From Candidatus Palauibacter sp. (GTDB lineage: Bacteria > Gemmatimonadota > Gemmatimonadetes > Palauibacterales > Palauibacteraceae), in NCBI RefSeq assembly GCF_965213655.1, contig NZ_CBDBZT010000003.1, positions 3,275,829 to 3,339,828 on the forward strand: a stretch of DNA of 64,000 nt, written 5' to 3'. Made by a program: the position numbers and the translations under genes. Positions 38,771 to 49,023 of this stretch are shown piece by piece. The stretch's first letter is position 1. Every line of letters starts with the position of its first letter. The notes beneath the pieces were generated by a model. It saw only the letters and a program-made list of their open reading frames with translations. It was not told the origin of the DNA and ran no database searches.

Positions 38771-40312
38771 TCAATCGTCGGCCAACTCGAGGAAACCGGC
38801 ACCCACCGCGAAGGCGAGTGCGGCGAGAAAGTCCGGGAGCGGCGCCTCCATTCCGGGCCGGTTGTAGGCCTCGAACAGGTTGGGGACCTGGTCGGAGGTG
38901 GGTGCGAGATCGACGAGCCGCCGCAGATCGACGTTGCGCACGTAGCGCGCGCCGTCCGGGAGCCGGTCGGAGACCAGGTGAGCCTCGAGGGTGATCCGGT
39001 CGTCGACCACGGCGGGGCGGTGCACGGTCGAGAGCCCCGGGGCCGGGCGGAGATGCACGGCCGGCAGCGAGCGGATCGTCTCCCACGCCGTCCGCACCTC
39101 CGGGCGCGCCAGGTAGGCATCTGCCCGGCGCTCCGCGAGCGAGCGGTCTCCAGGTTCCGACACCGCGGGCGCTCCGGGTGCGGGGGTGGGTTCCAGGATG
39201 TCCGCGCCCGCTTCCCGGGCCGCGGCCAGACGAACCTCCCAGAACGCGTGGCCGCTCGCCTCGGCGGCCTGTTCGAGGAAAGGAACGGATAGCGCCCGGT
39301 AGGTGCGGTACACTTCGCGTTCACGATCGTCGTAGAAGTCGGAGGCCGGTTCGGCCATCGTCTCGTCTTCAAGTCCCGTGTGGGCGACGATCGCGGCGAG
39401 CCAGGCCGAGGCGAGTGCCTTCTTGACGCCGTACGAGGAGAGAGGGTCGATGAACGAGCCGGCGTCGCCGACGAGGAGCTGGCCCGGCCGGCCGTGCGAG
39501 GTCGCGCCGTAGAGCGACGCGGGACATGCCCGCACGGGCCCGTCCAGCCGTCCTTCGGCGAGGTGCTCGCCGAGCCGCGCCGCCTTGGCCAGTTCGGCGC
39601 GCCACATGCCGTCGAGGCCCCGTTCGCGCGCCAGGTGCGTGCGGCGCGGGTCGACCATCGCCGTCACGCAGCGGGTACGCGGCGAGGTGGGTACCGACCA
39701 GGCCCAGCCGTCGCGGTAGCTCTCGATGAGCGTACAGCCGGGGTCCGGCGGGGCGTGGCCGCGGGTCGAGGTCCAGCGGCCGACGAGCGCGAGCGTGGCG
39801 ATCCCGCGTTCGCGGATTCGCAGCCCGTGGCGGGCGAGCACCCCGGCCCGGCCGGAGGCGTCGAGCACCCAACGGGCCCGGTAGCGCGCGGTCGAGGTGG
39901 CCACGCGCCAGCCATCGGGCCCCTCGGCCGTCTCGATGACTGGCCCGTCCGTCACGAGCCGCGCCCCCGCGTCGCGGGCCACGCCGTGGAAGGCGGCTTC
40001 CAGCGCCGCCCGGTCCGCATGGAAGCCGCGCTCGGGCGCCCCGAACCGTTCTTCCCGGCGGGGCAGCCCGGCCCACCACACGGTGTTGCCCTCGTTCGGC
40101 ACGAGGCCCGCCGCGTCCAGGGCGTCGAGCGCCCCGACGCGTTCCAGCAGCTTGCGCGCCGAGCCGGGGATCGACTCGGCGAGCCATTTCGCCGGCGGGG
40201 CCGGCCGTGTGATCAGCGCGACATCATGCCCGCGCCGCGCCAGCGACGCCGCGACGGCGCAGCCGGCCGGCCCCCCACCGACGACCAGTACATCGGATGT
40301 CTCTGTTGCCAG
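38771..40312 (-). CDS. qhpG: FAD-dependent monooxygenase, halogenase-like fold (Trp hydroxylation for CTQ)
   Basis: 'DVLVVGGGPAG', 'DASGR', 'GWAWSVP', 'VGDAGSFIDPLSSYG'; directly upstream of qhpA. Start uncertain (CTG). Confidence 0.75.
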   Translation of the reverse strand: MATETSDVLVVGGGPAGCAVAASLARRGHDVALITRPAPPAKWLAESIPGSARKLLERVGALDALDAAGLVPNEGNTVWWAGLPRREERFGAPERGFHADRAALEAAFHGVARDAGARLVTDGPVIETAEGPDGWRVATSTARYRARWVLDASGRAGVLARHGLRIRERGIATLALVGRWTSTRGHAPPDPGCTLIESYRDGWAWSVPTSPRTRCVTAMVDPRRTHLARERGLDGMWRAELAKAARLGEHLAEGRLDGPVRACPASLYGATSHGRPGQLLVGDAGSFIDPLSSYGVKKALASAWLAAIVAHTGLEDETMAEPASDFYDDREREVYRTYRALSVPFLEQAAEASGHAFWEVRLAAAREAGADILEPTPAPGAPAVSEPGDRSLAERRADAYLARPEVRTAWETIRSLPAVHLRPAPGLSTVHRPAVVDDRITLEAHLVSDRLPDGARYVRNVDLRRLVDLAPTSDQVPNLFEAYNRPGMEAPLPDFLAALAFAVGAGFLELADD

Positions 40313-40319
40313 GTCGGCT

Positions 40320-40994
40320 CTATCGCTCTCGCTGGCGCAGCACGTCGCCACCGCTCGGCCCGTCCGTGGCGAAGCAGTAGAAGCGGCCGTCGCCGCCCGT
40401 CCCGCGCAGGTTCTCGAGGCTGCAGCCCCGCGAACCGTGCGCCTCGTTCCACGACGTCGGGTTCTGGCCGCCACCCGTCCGGTCGTGGTGCCCGACGAGC
40501 GCGCTCCCCTCGCCGCCAGACGTCCAGTTGCTGCACGTCGTGTCCCCGTCCGCGTCCGAAGCCATGCCATTCATGAGCGAGCCGGTGAGGATGTCGTGCT
40601 GGTTCGGCTGGTCGCCCCGGCCGTTCACCTCATCGCCGTTCTCGGTGAGGATCGTGGCTTTGGTCAGGTTCGGGCCGTTGCTGTGCAGATGCTCGACGTC
40701 CCGGGCGATCATCGTGCCCGCGTGGTTGTACCACGGCCCGTCGCCGATCCGGTCGCGCGCGCTCACGCCGCCCGCGCCCGTCGTGCTGAGGTAGGCCCGC
40801 CACATGCGGTCCGGCAGCCCCGCCGCCGCGGCCAACGTCTCGCAGTACGCGTCCGCGCCCTCGATACCGCCGAGATCCGCGCCGTCCCCCGGATTCGAAC
40901 TGGTGATGAAGAAGCTGATGTTCTCGTCCTGTGCCGCCGCCCCGCTCGCGCCGAACGCGAGGAGGAGGGCCAGAAGGCTCACTGTGCGCTTCAT
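40320..40994 (-). CDS. Secreted endostatin/C-type-lectin-like protein
   Basis: 'GADLGGIEGADAYC..LA', 'WRAYLS', 'ARDRIG.GPWYN', 'FYCFA'. Confidence 0.75.
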   Translation of the reverse strand: MKRTVSLLALLLAFGASGAAAQDENISFFITSSNPGDGADLGGIEGADAYCETLAAAAGLPDRMWRAYLSTTGAGGVSARDRIGDGPWYNHAGTMIARDVEHLHSNGPNLTKATILTENGDEVNGRGDQPNQHDILTGSLMNGMASDADGDTTCSNWTSGGEGSALVGHHDRTGGGQNPTSWNEAHGSRGCSLENLRGTGGDGRFYCFATDGPSGGDVLRQRER

Positions 40995-41061
40995 GTCAGA
41001 ACTCCTGTCCTGGTTTACCACGTGCCGCTCGACCGGCACCCGTCCGCACGCCAGCAGCGCG

Positions 41062-42087
41062 CTAACGCCGGATGTACTTCCGCATCTGCCGCGGTCCGAC
41101 CTCCGCCCCGTACAGGTTCCCGTGCGCGTCGATCGCGATCCCCTCGGCGCCGCTCGTTCCCGACCCGTCCTGATTCGGCTCCGGATCCGGGATGAAGGCC
41201 GTCACCCAGCCCGTCGCCGCGTCGCCGACGTAGATCCCGCGCAGCCATCCCTTGTTGCGGCGCGCGTTCGACTCCGAGTCCGTCGAGTACAGCACGTCGT
41301 TCTCGTCGATGAAGAGGCCGCTGGGACGCCCGAACTGATGCCACGTCTCGAGGTGGTTCCCCTCCTGGTCGAAGACCTGGACGCGGCTGTTGCCGCGGTC
41401 GCCGACGAAGAGACGTCCCTGCGAGTCCATGGCGAGCGCATGGGGATCCCGGAACTGGCCGTTCGCCGTCCCCGCGCTCCCCCACTCCATGAGGTATGTG
41501 CCGTCCGCCGAGAACTTGACGATCCGGTTGTTGCCTCCCGCGTCGTGCCCGTCCGCCACGAAGATCGTGCCGTCCGAGGTGACGAGGATGTCCGAGGGCT
41601 TGTTGAAGTGCCCCGGCCCGTCGCCCGCGACGCCCTTCTCCCCCAGCACCATCAGGACTTCGCCCTCGGGGCTGAACTTGTAGATCACATGCCCCCAGCC
41701 CTCCGGCACCGGCGCGTAACCCACGGCGTCGGCCACCCAAACGCTGCCGTCCGGCTCGACGAACATCCCGTGCGGCCACGCGATGAGGCCCGAGCCGAAG
41801 CTCCGTACGAGGTTCCCCTCGGTGTCGAAAAGCAGGATCGGGTCGACGTCGCTCTCGACGCACAGGTTCGCCCCGCAGCGCTCGCCCACCCAGATGTGCT
41901 CGCCGTCCGGCGCCGGATACACGGCGCTCGTCGCGCCCCACTGCCGGCCATCGGGCAACTGTCCCCAGCCATCAATCGCCATGTACGGGTTCGGCGCCGT
42001 CAACTGCGCCGCCAGCGCGCCTGCTCCCGCTGTGCCCGCCGCCAGCACGACTACCGCGGCAAGCATGATTCTCCCTGTGCCTCTCAT
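41062..42087 (-). CDS. NHL-repeat, PAL-like beta-propeller
   Basis: 'PHG', 'FNKPSD', 'NNRIVKFS', 'F.DPHALA', 'DRGNSRVQVFD'. Confidence 0.85.
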   Translation of the reverse strand: MRGTGRIMLAAVVVLAAGTAGAGALAAQLTAPNPYMAIDGWGQLPDGRQWGATSAVYPAPDGEHIWVGERCGANLCVESDVDPILLFDTEGNLVRSFGSGLIAWPHGMFVEPDGSVWVADAVGYAPVPEGWGHVIYKFSPEGEVLMVLGEKGVAGDGPGHFNKPSDILVTSDGTIFVADGHDAGGNNRIVKFSADGTYLMEWGSAGTANGQFRDPHALAMDSQGRLFVGDRGNSRVQVFDQEGNHLETWHQFGRPSGLFIDENDVLYSTDSESNARRNKGWLRGIYVGDAATGWVTAFIPDPEPNQDGSGTSGAEGIAIDAHGNLYGAEVGPRQMRKYIRR

Positions 42088-42169
42088 CCGGCCTCCTTCC
42101 GTGTTGGGTCCGGGACGATGGGACGTGATCGCCCGGGCGGGCAAGCGCAAGCGGCGCCGTCGAAACGGG

Positions 42170-43582
42170 CTAATCCGCCAAGGCGGCCCGGCCACCCCCC
42201 TTCGCTTTCGCCGCCAGCTTGCCGAAGGGTCCGCTGATCACCCACGCCGCCCCCACGACGATCAGAGCCAGCGCCCCCCAGCGCATTAGCGCGGCGGCCA
42301 GCGCTCCGTCGAAGGCGGGCCAGGTGAAGCGGTATGCCAGCAGATCGGAGCCGCGGTCCGTCATCCAGTGCCAACCGGTGTGCGCCAGGAGCGCCGAGCC
42401 GATGATCGTCCCCACCCGCTCCGCGACCACCTTGCGGAACAGCAGTTCGACCACCGGAACGGCGATGGCGACCACGACGAGCTGCCCCAGTTCCACGCCC
42501 ACGTTGAAGGCGAGCAGGGAAGCGAGCAGGTGCCCGCCGGCGAACTGGAGCGACTCACTGAGCGCGAAGGAAAACCCGAACCCGTGCACGAGCCCGAACC
42601 CGAACGCGAGCAGCCACCGCTTCCGCGGTCTCGCTCCGACGATGTTCTCGAGCGCCATGTAGACGATGGAGAGCGCGATCAGGGTCTCGATCAGCGGCGG
42701 GAACCAGAGCGCCCGCGGCGCGATCCCGAAGGCGGAGGCGATGAGCGTGATCGAGTGCGCGATCGTGAACGAGGTGATGACGGGCACGAGACCCCACAGC
42801 GTGCGCAGCGGGATGACGAGGCAGAGGAGGAAAAGCAGGTGGTCGATTCCGTCGAGGATGTGCGTGAAGCCAAGTGAAACGAAGCGCAGCGCCGCCTGGT
42901 GCCAGCGGGGGTCGAGCCGCACGAGTCCCGGATCGCCGACGTACTGGAAGACGCGCTCCGGCCGATCCGGCGGCCGCAGGCGCAGCACGGTGACCGTCCG
43001 CAGGCCGAGGTGCGCGAACGCCGGATCGATCGAGAAGCGGGACTCATCCGACTCGATATCGTACTCCAGCAGGACATCGAGCAGGGCCTGCCGCCACGGA
43101 AGCTGGAGCCCGGGGTCGAGCGGCGGGTCGTCGAAGTGCGCCAGGGCCGTCTCGTAACTGGTAAAGGAACGGTCCGACGGGATCGAGACCCGCGTCGCCA
43201 CGATTCGGGGCTGGGCCAGCTGCCGGTCCTCCTCGAAGAAAGTCACGTAATCGGCGAGCCAGAGCTGTGCCGCGTCGACGAGGAAGGGGCCGGCCGCCTC
43301 GAGGTCGAGGTAGCCCAGGCCGTAGCGCGGAAACTCGATGTCCCGCATGGCTTCGAGCGGGGCCCTGACGAGAAAGCGGAGCCGCCCCCCCTCCGGCGAG
43401 ACAAAGGCCTGCACGGTGACGTCCACCGGAATCTCGTGCGGCACGGCGGGGATCGCCTCGGCCGCGCGATCCGGCGCCGCCCGCGCCGCACCGGCCAGAC
43501 TCGTCAGACCGTATAGAGCGAGGACGCACCCCATCAACAGCGCTGTGCGCCGGGTCGGACGGCGTGTGTTACCTCGCTTCAT
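42170..43582 (-). CDS. HupE/UreJ family membrane protein with an N-terminal periplasmic domain
   Basis: 'LGFTHILDGIDHLLF', 'SFTIAHSITL', 'FGLVHGFGF', 'FNVGVELGQ'. Confidence 0.9.
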   Translation of the reverse strand: MKRGNTRRPTRRTALLMGCVLALYGLTSLAGAARAAPDRAAEAIPAVPHEIPVDVTVQAFVSPEGGRLRFLVRAPLEAMRDIEFPRYGLGYLDLEAAGPFLVDAAQLWLADYVTFFEEDRQLAQPRIVATRVSIPSDRSFTSYETALAHFDDPPLDPGLQLPWRQALLDVLLEYDIESDESRFSIDPAFAHLGLRTVTVLRLRPPDRPERVFQYVGDPGLVRLDPRWHQAALRFVSLGFTHILDGIDHLLFLLCLVIPLRTLWGLVPVITSFTIAHSITLIASAFGIAPRALWFPPLIETLIALSIVYMALENIVGARPRKRWLLAFGFGLVHGFGFSFALSESLQFAGGHLLASLLAFNVGVELGQLVVVAIAVPVVELLFRKVVAERVGTIIGSALLAHTGWHWMTDRGSDLLAYRFTWPAFDGALAAALMRWGALALIVVGAAWVISGPFGKLAAKAKGGGRAALAD

Positions 43583-43788
43583 CCGCGATCCCCGAACTTC
43601 GTGAGCTTGGGAGAGCAACCTGGATCCGCCCGCAACGATGGCGCGGCCGGCTCGCGCCGTCGACCCCGGCAGCCCGCGGCCAGCGGATCTCTGGACGCGA
43701 GAGGACGGCATCTGTAGCGTGAATCGATCGGGAAAGGTCGGGGCCGGGCAACGCGGTAGCGATTCAGGATCCGCAAGGAGAAACAGTT

Positions 43789-44985
43789 ATGAACGGGAAG
43801 CGGCAAACCCTCATCTTCGGTGCGGTCGCGGGCATCGCCATCGCGCTCGCGTGCGGCCAGGCGGCCATGGACGACGGGGCCCAGGCCAGCGAGGGGCAGG
43901 GCGTCAAGGCGCCGATGTTCGAGGTGGACCCGTTCTGGCCCAAGCCGTTGCCGGATCACTGGGTGCTGGGATCGGCCATCGGCGTCGGCGTGGACTCGCG
44001 CGACCACGTCTTCATCGTGCACCGCGGCAACCTCACGGAGCGCACCGAGGGCGGGGCCGACGCGGATCCGCCGATCGGCGAATGCTGCCGCGCCGCCCCC
44101 CCTGTGCTCGAGTTCGATCCCGATGGCAATCTCGTGAACGCGTGGGGAGGTCCCTCCGACGACTACGTGTGGCCCGGCTCGAACCACGGCATCACCGTCG
44201 ACCACATGGACAACCTGTGGATCGGCGGTAACGGGCCGAACGACACGCACGTCCTCAAGTTCTCCCGCGATGGCGAGTTCCTGGCCTCCTACGGTGAGCC
44301 GGAGGCGGGCCCGGAGCCCGACAGCCACAGCGAGACGCGCTTCAACCGCGTGGCCAAGCTCTCCTTCGATGCCGCGGCCAACGAGGCCTATCTCGCCGAC
44401 GGCTACGGCGGTCGCCGCGTCGCCGTCCTCGATGCCTCGACCGGGGCCTTCAAGCGTTACTGGGGCGCCTACGGCAACGCGCCCGATGATACCCGCACGC
44501 CCCCCTACGACCCGGATGCGCCGCTCATCCAGCAGTTCCGGACCCCGGTGCACTGTGCCGAGCCCTCGCTCGACGGCCTCGTGTACGTGTGCGACCGCCC
44601 CAACGACCGTATCCAGGTCTTCCAGACGGACGGGACGTATGTGGACGAGGTGCGGATCGCGCCTCGCACGCTGGGCGACGGTTCGACCTGGGACATCGCC
44701 TTCTCGCGCGACGCGGACCAGCAGTACATGTACGTCGCCGACGGGAAGAACATGCGCGTCTACGTCATGGACCGCGCCTCGCTCGAGGTCCTGACCAGCT
44801 TCGGGGACGGCGGCCGGCAGCCCGGCCAGTTCTTCGCGGTCCACAGCATCGCGACGGACTCGAACGGCAACATTTACACGACCGAGACCTACGAGGGGAA
44901 GCGCGTCCAGAAGTTCGTGTACATGGGCATGGGTCCGGTATCCGCCGAACACCAGGGCCCGCCCTGGCCGCGCGGCGACCAGTAA
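43789..44985 (+). CDS. NHL-repeat PAL-like lipoprotein (paralog 1)
   Basis: Lipobox 'LAC'; 'DPFWPKPLP', 'HGI', 'ADGYG', 'CDR.NDRIQ'. Confidence 0.85.
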   Translation: MNGKRQTLIFGAVAGIAIALACGQAAMDDGAQASEGQGVKAPMFEVDPFWPKPLPDHWVLGSAIGVGVDSRDHVFIVHRGNLTERTEGGADADPPIGECCRAAPPVLEFDPDGNLVNAWGGPSDDYVWPGSNHGITVDHMDNLWIGGNGPNDTHVLKFSRDGEFLASYGEPEAGPEPDSHSETRFNRVAKLSFDAAANEAYLADGYGGRRVAVLDASTGAFKRYWGAYGNAPDDTRTPPYDPDAPLIQQFRTPVHCAEPSLDGLVYVCDRPNDRIQVFQTDGTYVDEVRIAPRTLGDGSTWDIAFSRDADQQYMYVADGKNMRVYVMDRASLEVLTSFGDGGRQPGQFFAVHSIATDSNGNIYTTETYEGKRVQKFVYMGMGPVSAEHQGPPWPRGDQ

Positions 44986-44996
44986 GAGGGAGAATC

Positions 44997-46193
44997 ATGG
45001 ACACGAAGCGTCGAACACTCATTTGTGGTGCCTTCGCGGCGGGCATCATCGCCCTCGCCTGCGGTCAGGCGGCGATGGACGACGCGGGTTCGGCCGACGC
45101 GGGAGACGGAGCCGGTGTCGAGGCGCCGATGTTCGAGGTGGATCCCTTCTGGCCCCGGCCGCTGCCGGAACACTGGCTGCTCGGTTCCACGATCGGGGTC
45201 GGCGTGGACTCCCGCGACCACGTGTTCATCATCCATCGCCGGGCTTCGATCAACCCGGGCACCGAGCTCGGAGCGGAAGCCGATCCGCCGACGAGCGAGT
45301 GCTGCCGCGCCGCCCCCGAGGTGCTCGAGTTCGACCCGGAGGGGAATCTCGTGAACTCATGGGGCGGCCCGTCCGACGACTACGTGTGGCCCGAGTCGAA
45401 CCATGGGGTCACGCTGGACCACATGGACAACGTGTGGATCGGCGGCAACGGGGCGAGCGATTCGCACATCCTCAAGTTCACGCGCGATGGCGAGTTCCTC
45501 GCTTCGTACGGCCAACCGCAACTGGGGCTCGATCCGGACAGCCACAGTGAAACGCGCTTCAACCGGGTGGCGAAGGTCGCCTTCGATGCGGAGGCCAACG
45601 AAGCCTACGTCGCGGATGGCTATGGCGGCCGCCGCGTGGCGGTGCTCGACGCGTCGACGGGCGCGTTCAAGCGGTACTGGGGCGCCTACGGCAACGCGCC
45701 GGACGACACGCCCCCGCCGCCCTACGATCCGGATGCGCCACCTCTCCAGCAGTTCCGCACGCCCGTACACTGCGCCGACCCCTCGCTGGACGGTCTGATC
45801 TACGTCTGCGACCGTGCCGGCGACCGGATCCAGGTCTTCCAAAGGGACGGGACGTACGTGGACGAGATGATGATCGCGCCGCGCACGCTGGGCGCCGGCT
45901 CGACCTGGGATATCGCATTCTCCCGCGATCCCGAGCAGCGGTACATGTACGTCGCCGATGGGTCGAACCACAGAGTCTACGTCGTGGACCGGGCCTCGCT
46001 CGAGGTTCTGACCAGCTTCGGCGACGGGGGCCGGCAGCCGGGCCAGTTCATCGGCGTCCACAGCATCGCCACCGACTCGAAGGGCAACGTCTACACGACC
46101 GAGACGTACGATGGGAAGCGGATCCAGAAGTTCGTCTACATGGGCATGGGCCGTGTGCCGGCCGAACAGGGCCCCCTCTGGCCCGACGGCTAG
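44997..46193 (+). CDS. NHL-repeat PAL-like lipoprotein (paralog 2, tandem duplicate)
   Basis: Collinear and highly similar to 43789-44985. Confidence 0.85.
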   Translation: MDTKRRTLICGAFAAGIIALACGQAAMDDAGSADAGDGAGVEAPMFEVDPFWPRPLPEHWLLGSTIGVGVDSRDHVFIIHRRASINPGTELGAEADPPTSECCRAAPEVLEFDPEGNLVNSWGGPSDDYVWPESNHGVTLDHMDNVWIGGNGASDSHILKFTRDGEFLASYGQPQLGLDPDSHSETRFNRVAKVAFDAEANEAYVADGYGGRRVAVLDASTGAFKRYWGAYGNAPDDTPPPPYDPDAPPLQQFRTPVHCADPSLDGLIYVCDRAGDRIQVFQRDGTYVDEMMIAPRTLGAGSTWDIAFSRDPEQRYMYVADGSNHRVYVVDRASLEVLTSFGDGGRQPGQFIGVHSIATDSKGNVYTTETYDGKRIQKFVYMGMGRVPAEQGPLWPDG

Positions 46194-46214
46194 GACCTCT
46201 GACCCGGCCTGTCC

Positions 46215-48797
46215 CTAGGAGACCTGCAGGCGCGCGTACAGGTAGCGGCCGTTGAATCCCATCGCCGAGAACGAGCGGTAGGGGAAGATCCCTCCGAACG
46301 CGTCCACCCGCGTCGGGAAGGCATCGAACAAGTTCTCGGCGCCGACTGTGAGTCGCCACGCACCGGTCAGGTCGACGTGGACTCCCGCATCGAAGAGGAC
46401 CCTCGGTTCGAGGCGTCGGATTCTGTGGGGGTGTTCGCCGACGCCGAGCGCGCGCAGTTCCTCCTGCGCCCCGTAGTAGTTCGCTCCGAGGCCGAACTCG
46501 AACGCTCCGGTCGAGAACCCGGTCCTGAACACGCCCCGCCAGTCCGGGCGCCCCTCCTCGAGGAAGAAAACGTCGAACCCGTTGTAGATCCTGTACGATT
46601 CGTCTCGCAGCGCCTCGTTCTCCTTCACGCAGGCGGCGATGTCGCCCTCCGGGCAGCGACCGCGGACCTGCCCCCAGTTCGCCGATGCACTGAACTCGAG
46701 GCGTGAGGCCTCCGCGAGACGCCGCCCCCACGTGACCCGCGCATCGACACCGTACGACCGCAGGTCGATCGCGTTGGAGAAGAAACGGATGGATTCCACC
46801 GGAAGATCCGCCAGCAGGTGATCGACGAGGCCGCTGACCCCGCTGACCAGTCGGTCGGAGAGGAGGATGGCGTCGTCCACCTCCGTCGCATAACCGTCGA
46901 TCGTCAGGTGCAGGTCGTCGGCCGGCGTGAGCGCGAACCCCGCGCTGACGGAGCGCGACCTCTCCCCCCGGAGGGGTGAGGCGCCGACGGCCCGCGCTTC
47001 CGGAGCGCCCACCGGGAATGTGCCCGCCTCGAACCGCGAGGGGACGCCCGGGTCGTCGGGGTCCTCGCGGCGTCGCGCCGTGACGTGTCCGTAGTGGGAC
47101 TGGCTCAGCGCCGGAGGCCGGAAACCCGTGGACACGCTCGCCCGGAAGACGGCGTCCGCTGAGAGGGCGACGCGCAGCGCGAACTTCCCGTTCAGCGTGC
47201 CGCCGATGCCGCTGAAGCGCTCGTAGCGTCCCGTCGCGGAAGCCAGGAGATACCGCGTCAGGGGCGCATCGACCTCACCGTGGACGCTGAAGCTCGACCG
47301 GTTCCAGCTCCCGGCCTCCTCCGGCCGGAAACCGGTGAAGAGTTGGGAGCCTGCGGCCGCGACGCCGCCGCTCTGGGTCGGGTGGAAGCCGTCGACTCTG
47401 GATGCGTGTTCTCCCGCAAGAATCCGGTAGTTGTCCAACCGGAGCGTCGCGCCGAGGCGGAGGCGCAGCGGACCCGCGCCGAGGCCCGTGTCGATCCTGC
47501 GCCACACGTCCGCATTCGCGAGGAACTGCCGGCTCTCGAGCCCGCCGGTGGAGAACCGGGTCCGGTTCGGGATCCCCGGGTCGTCCGCCGTCCCCGGGAT
47601 TCCGTCCGCGCCGGGCGCGCACGCCGACTCGAGGCAGGGCCCGAGCGAGGGGTTGAGCGTGTCGAAGAGGTCGTTGTCGGCCCGGTTCGAGCCGTACTGG
47701 GCGTTCAGATCCCAGCCCCGGCTCTCCTCGTCTCCGCCCCCCCGAAAACCCGTGACGAGGGAAAGGTCCCGCGTGTCGGAGTCGAAGCCGGGGAGGAAGC
47801 CGAGTGGATGGATCGCCGGCCAGTTGCGATCGTCCATCGAACGCACGAAGAAACCCGAGTGAAGGTCCCGGCGCCGGCTGTAGCCGCCGAACGCGTACAG
47901 TTCAGGGTCCCCGCGCGCGTCGCCGAAGGGGCGCTCGAAGTTTGCGAACAGCATGAAGTTCGACGACTCACCGTCCCCCCACAGGTGGTTCGGCTGCTCC
48001 ACGTCGTTGTGCTTGCGGATGACGAGACCCCGGTCGACGAAGTCCGCGTCCCCGGGGAGGAGTTGATCGCGCCCGTCGGCGCCCGCGCGGTTCGTGGGTT
48101 CCCGCTGGCTGAACGCGCCCGTGAGGTTCAGGACGCCTCTGCGGCCGATGCCCAGTCCCCAGTTGCCCGACAGGCCGTAGCGCAGCCCGTCGTCATCCCA
48201 TTCGTCGGGAAGGTGGTGGCCTACGGAGACGATGAACTCGGGCGCCGAGACCGTGTTCCGGAGACGCAGGTCGATGAGGCCGGCGATCGCGTCGGAGCCG
48301 TGCCGCGTCGCGCCCCCGTCGCGTGCGACTTCCACGCGCTCGATCGCCTGGAGCGGGAACGCGTTGATGTCCACGCCGCTCGCGCCCGGGAAGGGACCCC
48401 CGCCCAGCGCGTGCACGACCGCCGTGGGATGGCGGCGTTTCCCGTTCAGCAACACGAGCGTGTGGTCCGGCGAGAGGCCGCGGAGCTGGAAGGGCCGGAC
48501 GCCCGACGTGAGGTCCACGACCTGCCGGCGCGGGAAGTAGGCGGCAGGCAGGAGTTCGTTCAGGGCGGAAGCGAGTTCGGATTGTCCGGTTTCGAGAATC
48601 TCCGTACGCGAGAAGACCCGGACGGCCGGGTCCATCCGCTGACGGACCTCTTGCTCGAGCGTGTCTGCGCGCGCGCCACCCTCCACGCCCGACTGCGCTT
48701 CGGCGGCGCGAGGGATGGCAGCGGAGTAGGTCGCGGTACCGGCGAGGAGGAGCGTCCGGAGCGCCGACCGCGCGCAGTCCAAACGGAGCCGCGTCAC
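46215..48797 (-). CDS. TonB-dependent receptor
   Basis: Plug 'LRGLSPDHTLVLLNGKRRH', 'IERVEV.RDG....GSDAIAG'; C-terminal 'GFNGRYLYARL'. Confidence 0.93.
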   Translation of the reverse strand: MTRLRLDCARSALRTLLLAGTATYSAAIPRAAEAQSGVEGGARADTLEQEVRQRMDPAVRVFSRTEILETGQSELASALNELLPAAYFPRRQVVDLTSGVRPFQLRGLSPDHTLVLLNGKRRHPTAVVHALGGGPFPGASGVDINAFPLQAIERVEVARDGGATRHGSDAIAGLIDLRLRNTVSAPEFIVSVGHHLPDEWDDDGLRYGLSGNWGLGIGRRGVLNLTGAFSQREPTNRAGADGRDQLLPGDADFVDRGLVIRKHNDVEQPNHLWGDGESSNFMLFANFERPFGDARGDPELYAFGGYSRRRDLHSGFFVRSMDDRNWPAIHPLGFLPGFDSDTRDLSLVTGFRGGGDEESRGWDLNAQYGSNRADNDLFDTLNPSLGPCLESACAPGADGIPGTADDPGIPNRTRFSTGGLESRQFLANADVWRRIDTGLGAGPLRLRLGATLRLDNYRILAGEHASRVDGFHPTQSGGVAAAGSQLFTGFRPEEAGSWNRSSFSVHGEVDAPLTRYLLASATGRYERFSGIGGTLNGKFALRVALSADAVFRASVSTGFRPPALSQSHYGHVTARRREDPDDPGVPSRFEAGTFPVGAPEARAVGASPLRGERSRSVSAGFALTPADDLHLTIDGYATEVDDAILLSDRLVSGVSGLVDHLLADLPVESIRFFSNAIDLRSYGVDARVTWGRRLAEASRLEFSASANWGQVRGRCPEGDIAACVKENEALRDESYRIYNGFDVFFLEEGRPDWRGVFRTGFSTGAFEFGLGANYYGAQEELRALGVGEHPHRIRRLEPRVLFDAGVHVDLTGAWRLTVGAENLFDAFPTRVDAFGGIFPYRSFSAMGFNGRYLYARLQVS

Positions 48798-49023
48798 GAG
48801 ACGCTATCCGGGGTCGACGAAGGGGTCATCCCGCATGTTCACACACGCTCGCGCCGAGCGCCAACATGCCGGCGCCGCGTCACAAGCAGGCGCCGGCGGA
48901 CGCCGCCATCCACCCGCGCGGCTGTTCGGCACGCGGGCAGATCGCGAGATTCGGGGCTCGGCTCCGCTTGACGACCTTCGAAGGAGACGGCAACCCGTGG
49001 CAGAATCCCGCATCGCCCGACCG

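Noticed and set aside
38771-40312. Stand-alone halogenase for natural-product biosynthesis
   Set aside because: Position directly upstream of qhpA fits QhpG, which has a halogenase-like fold.
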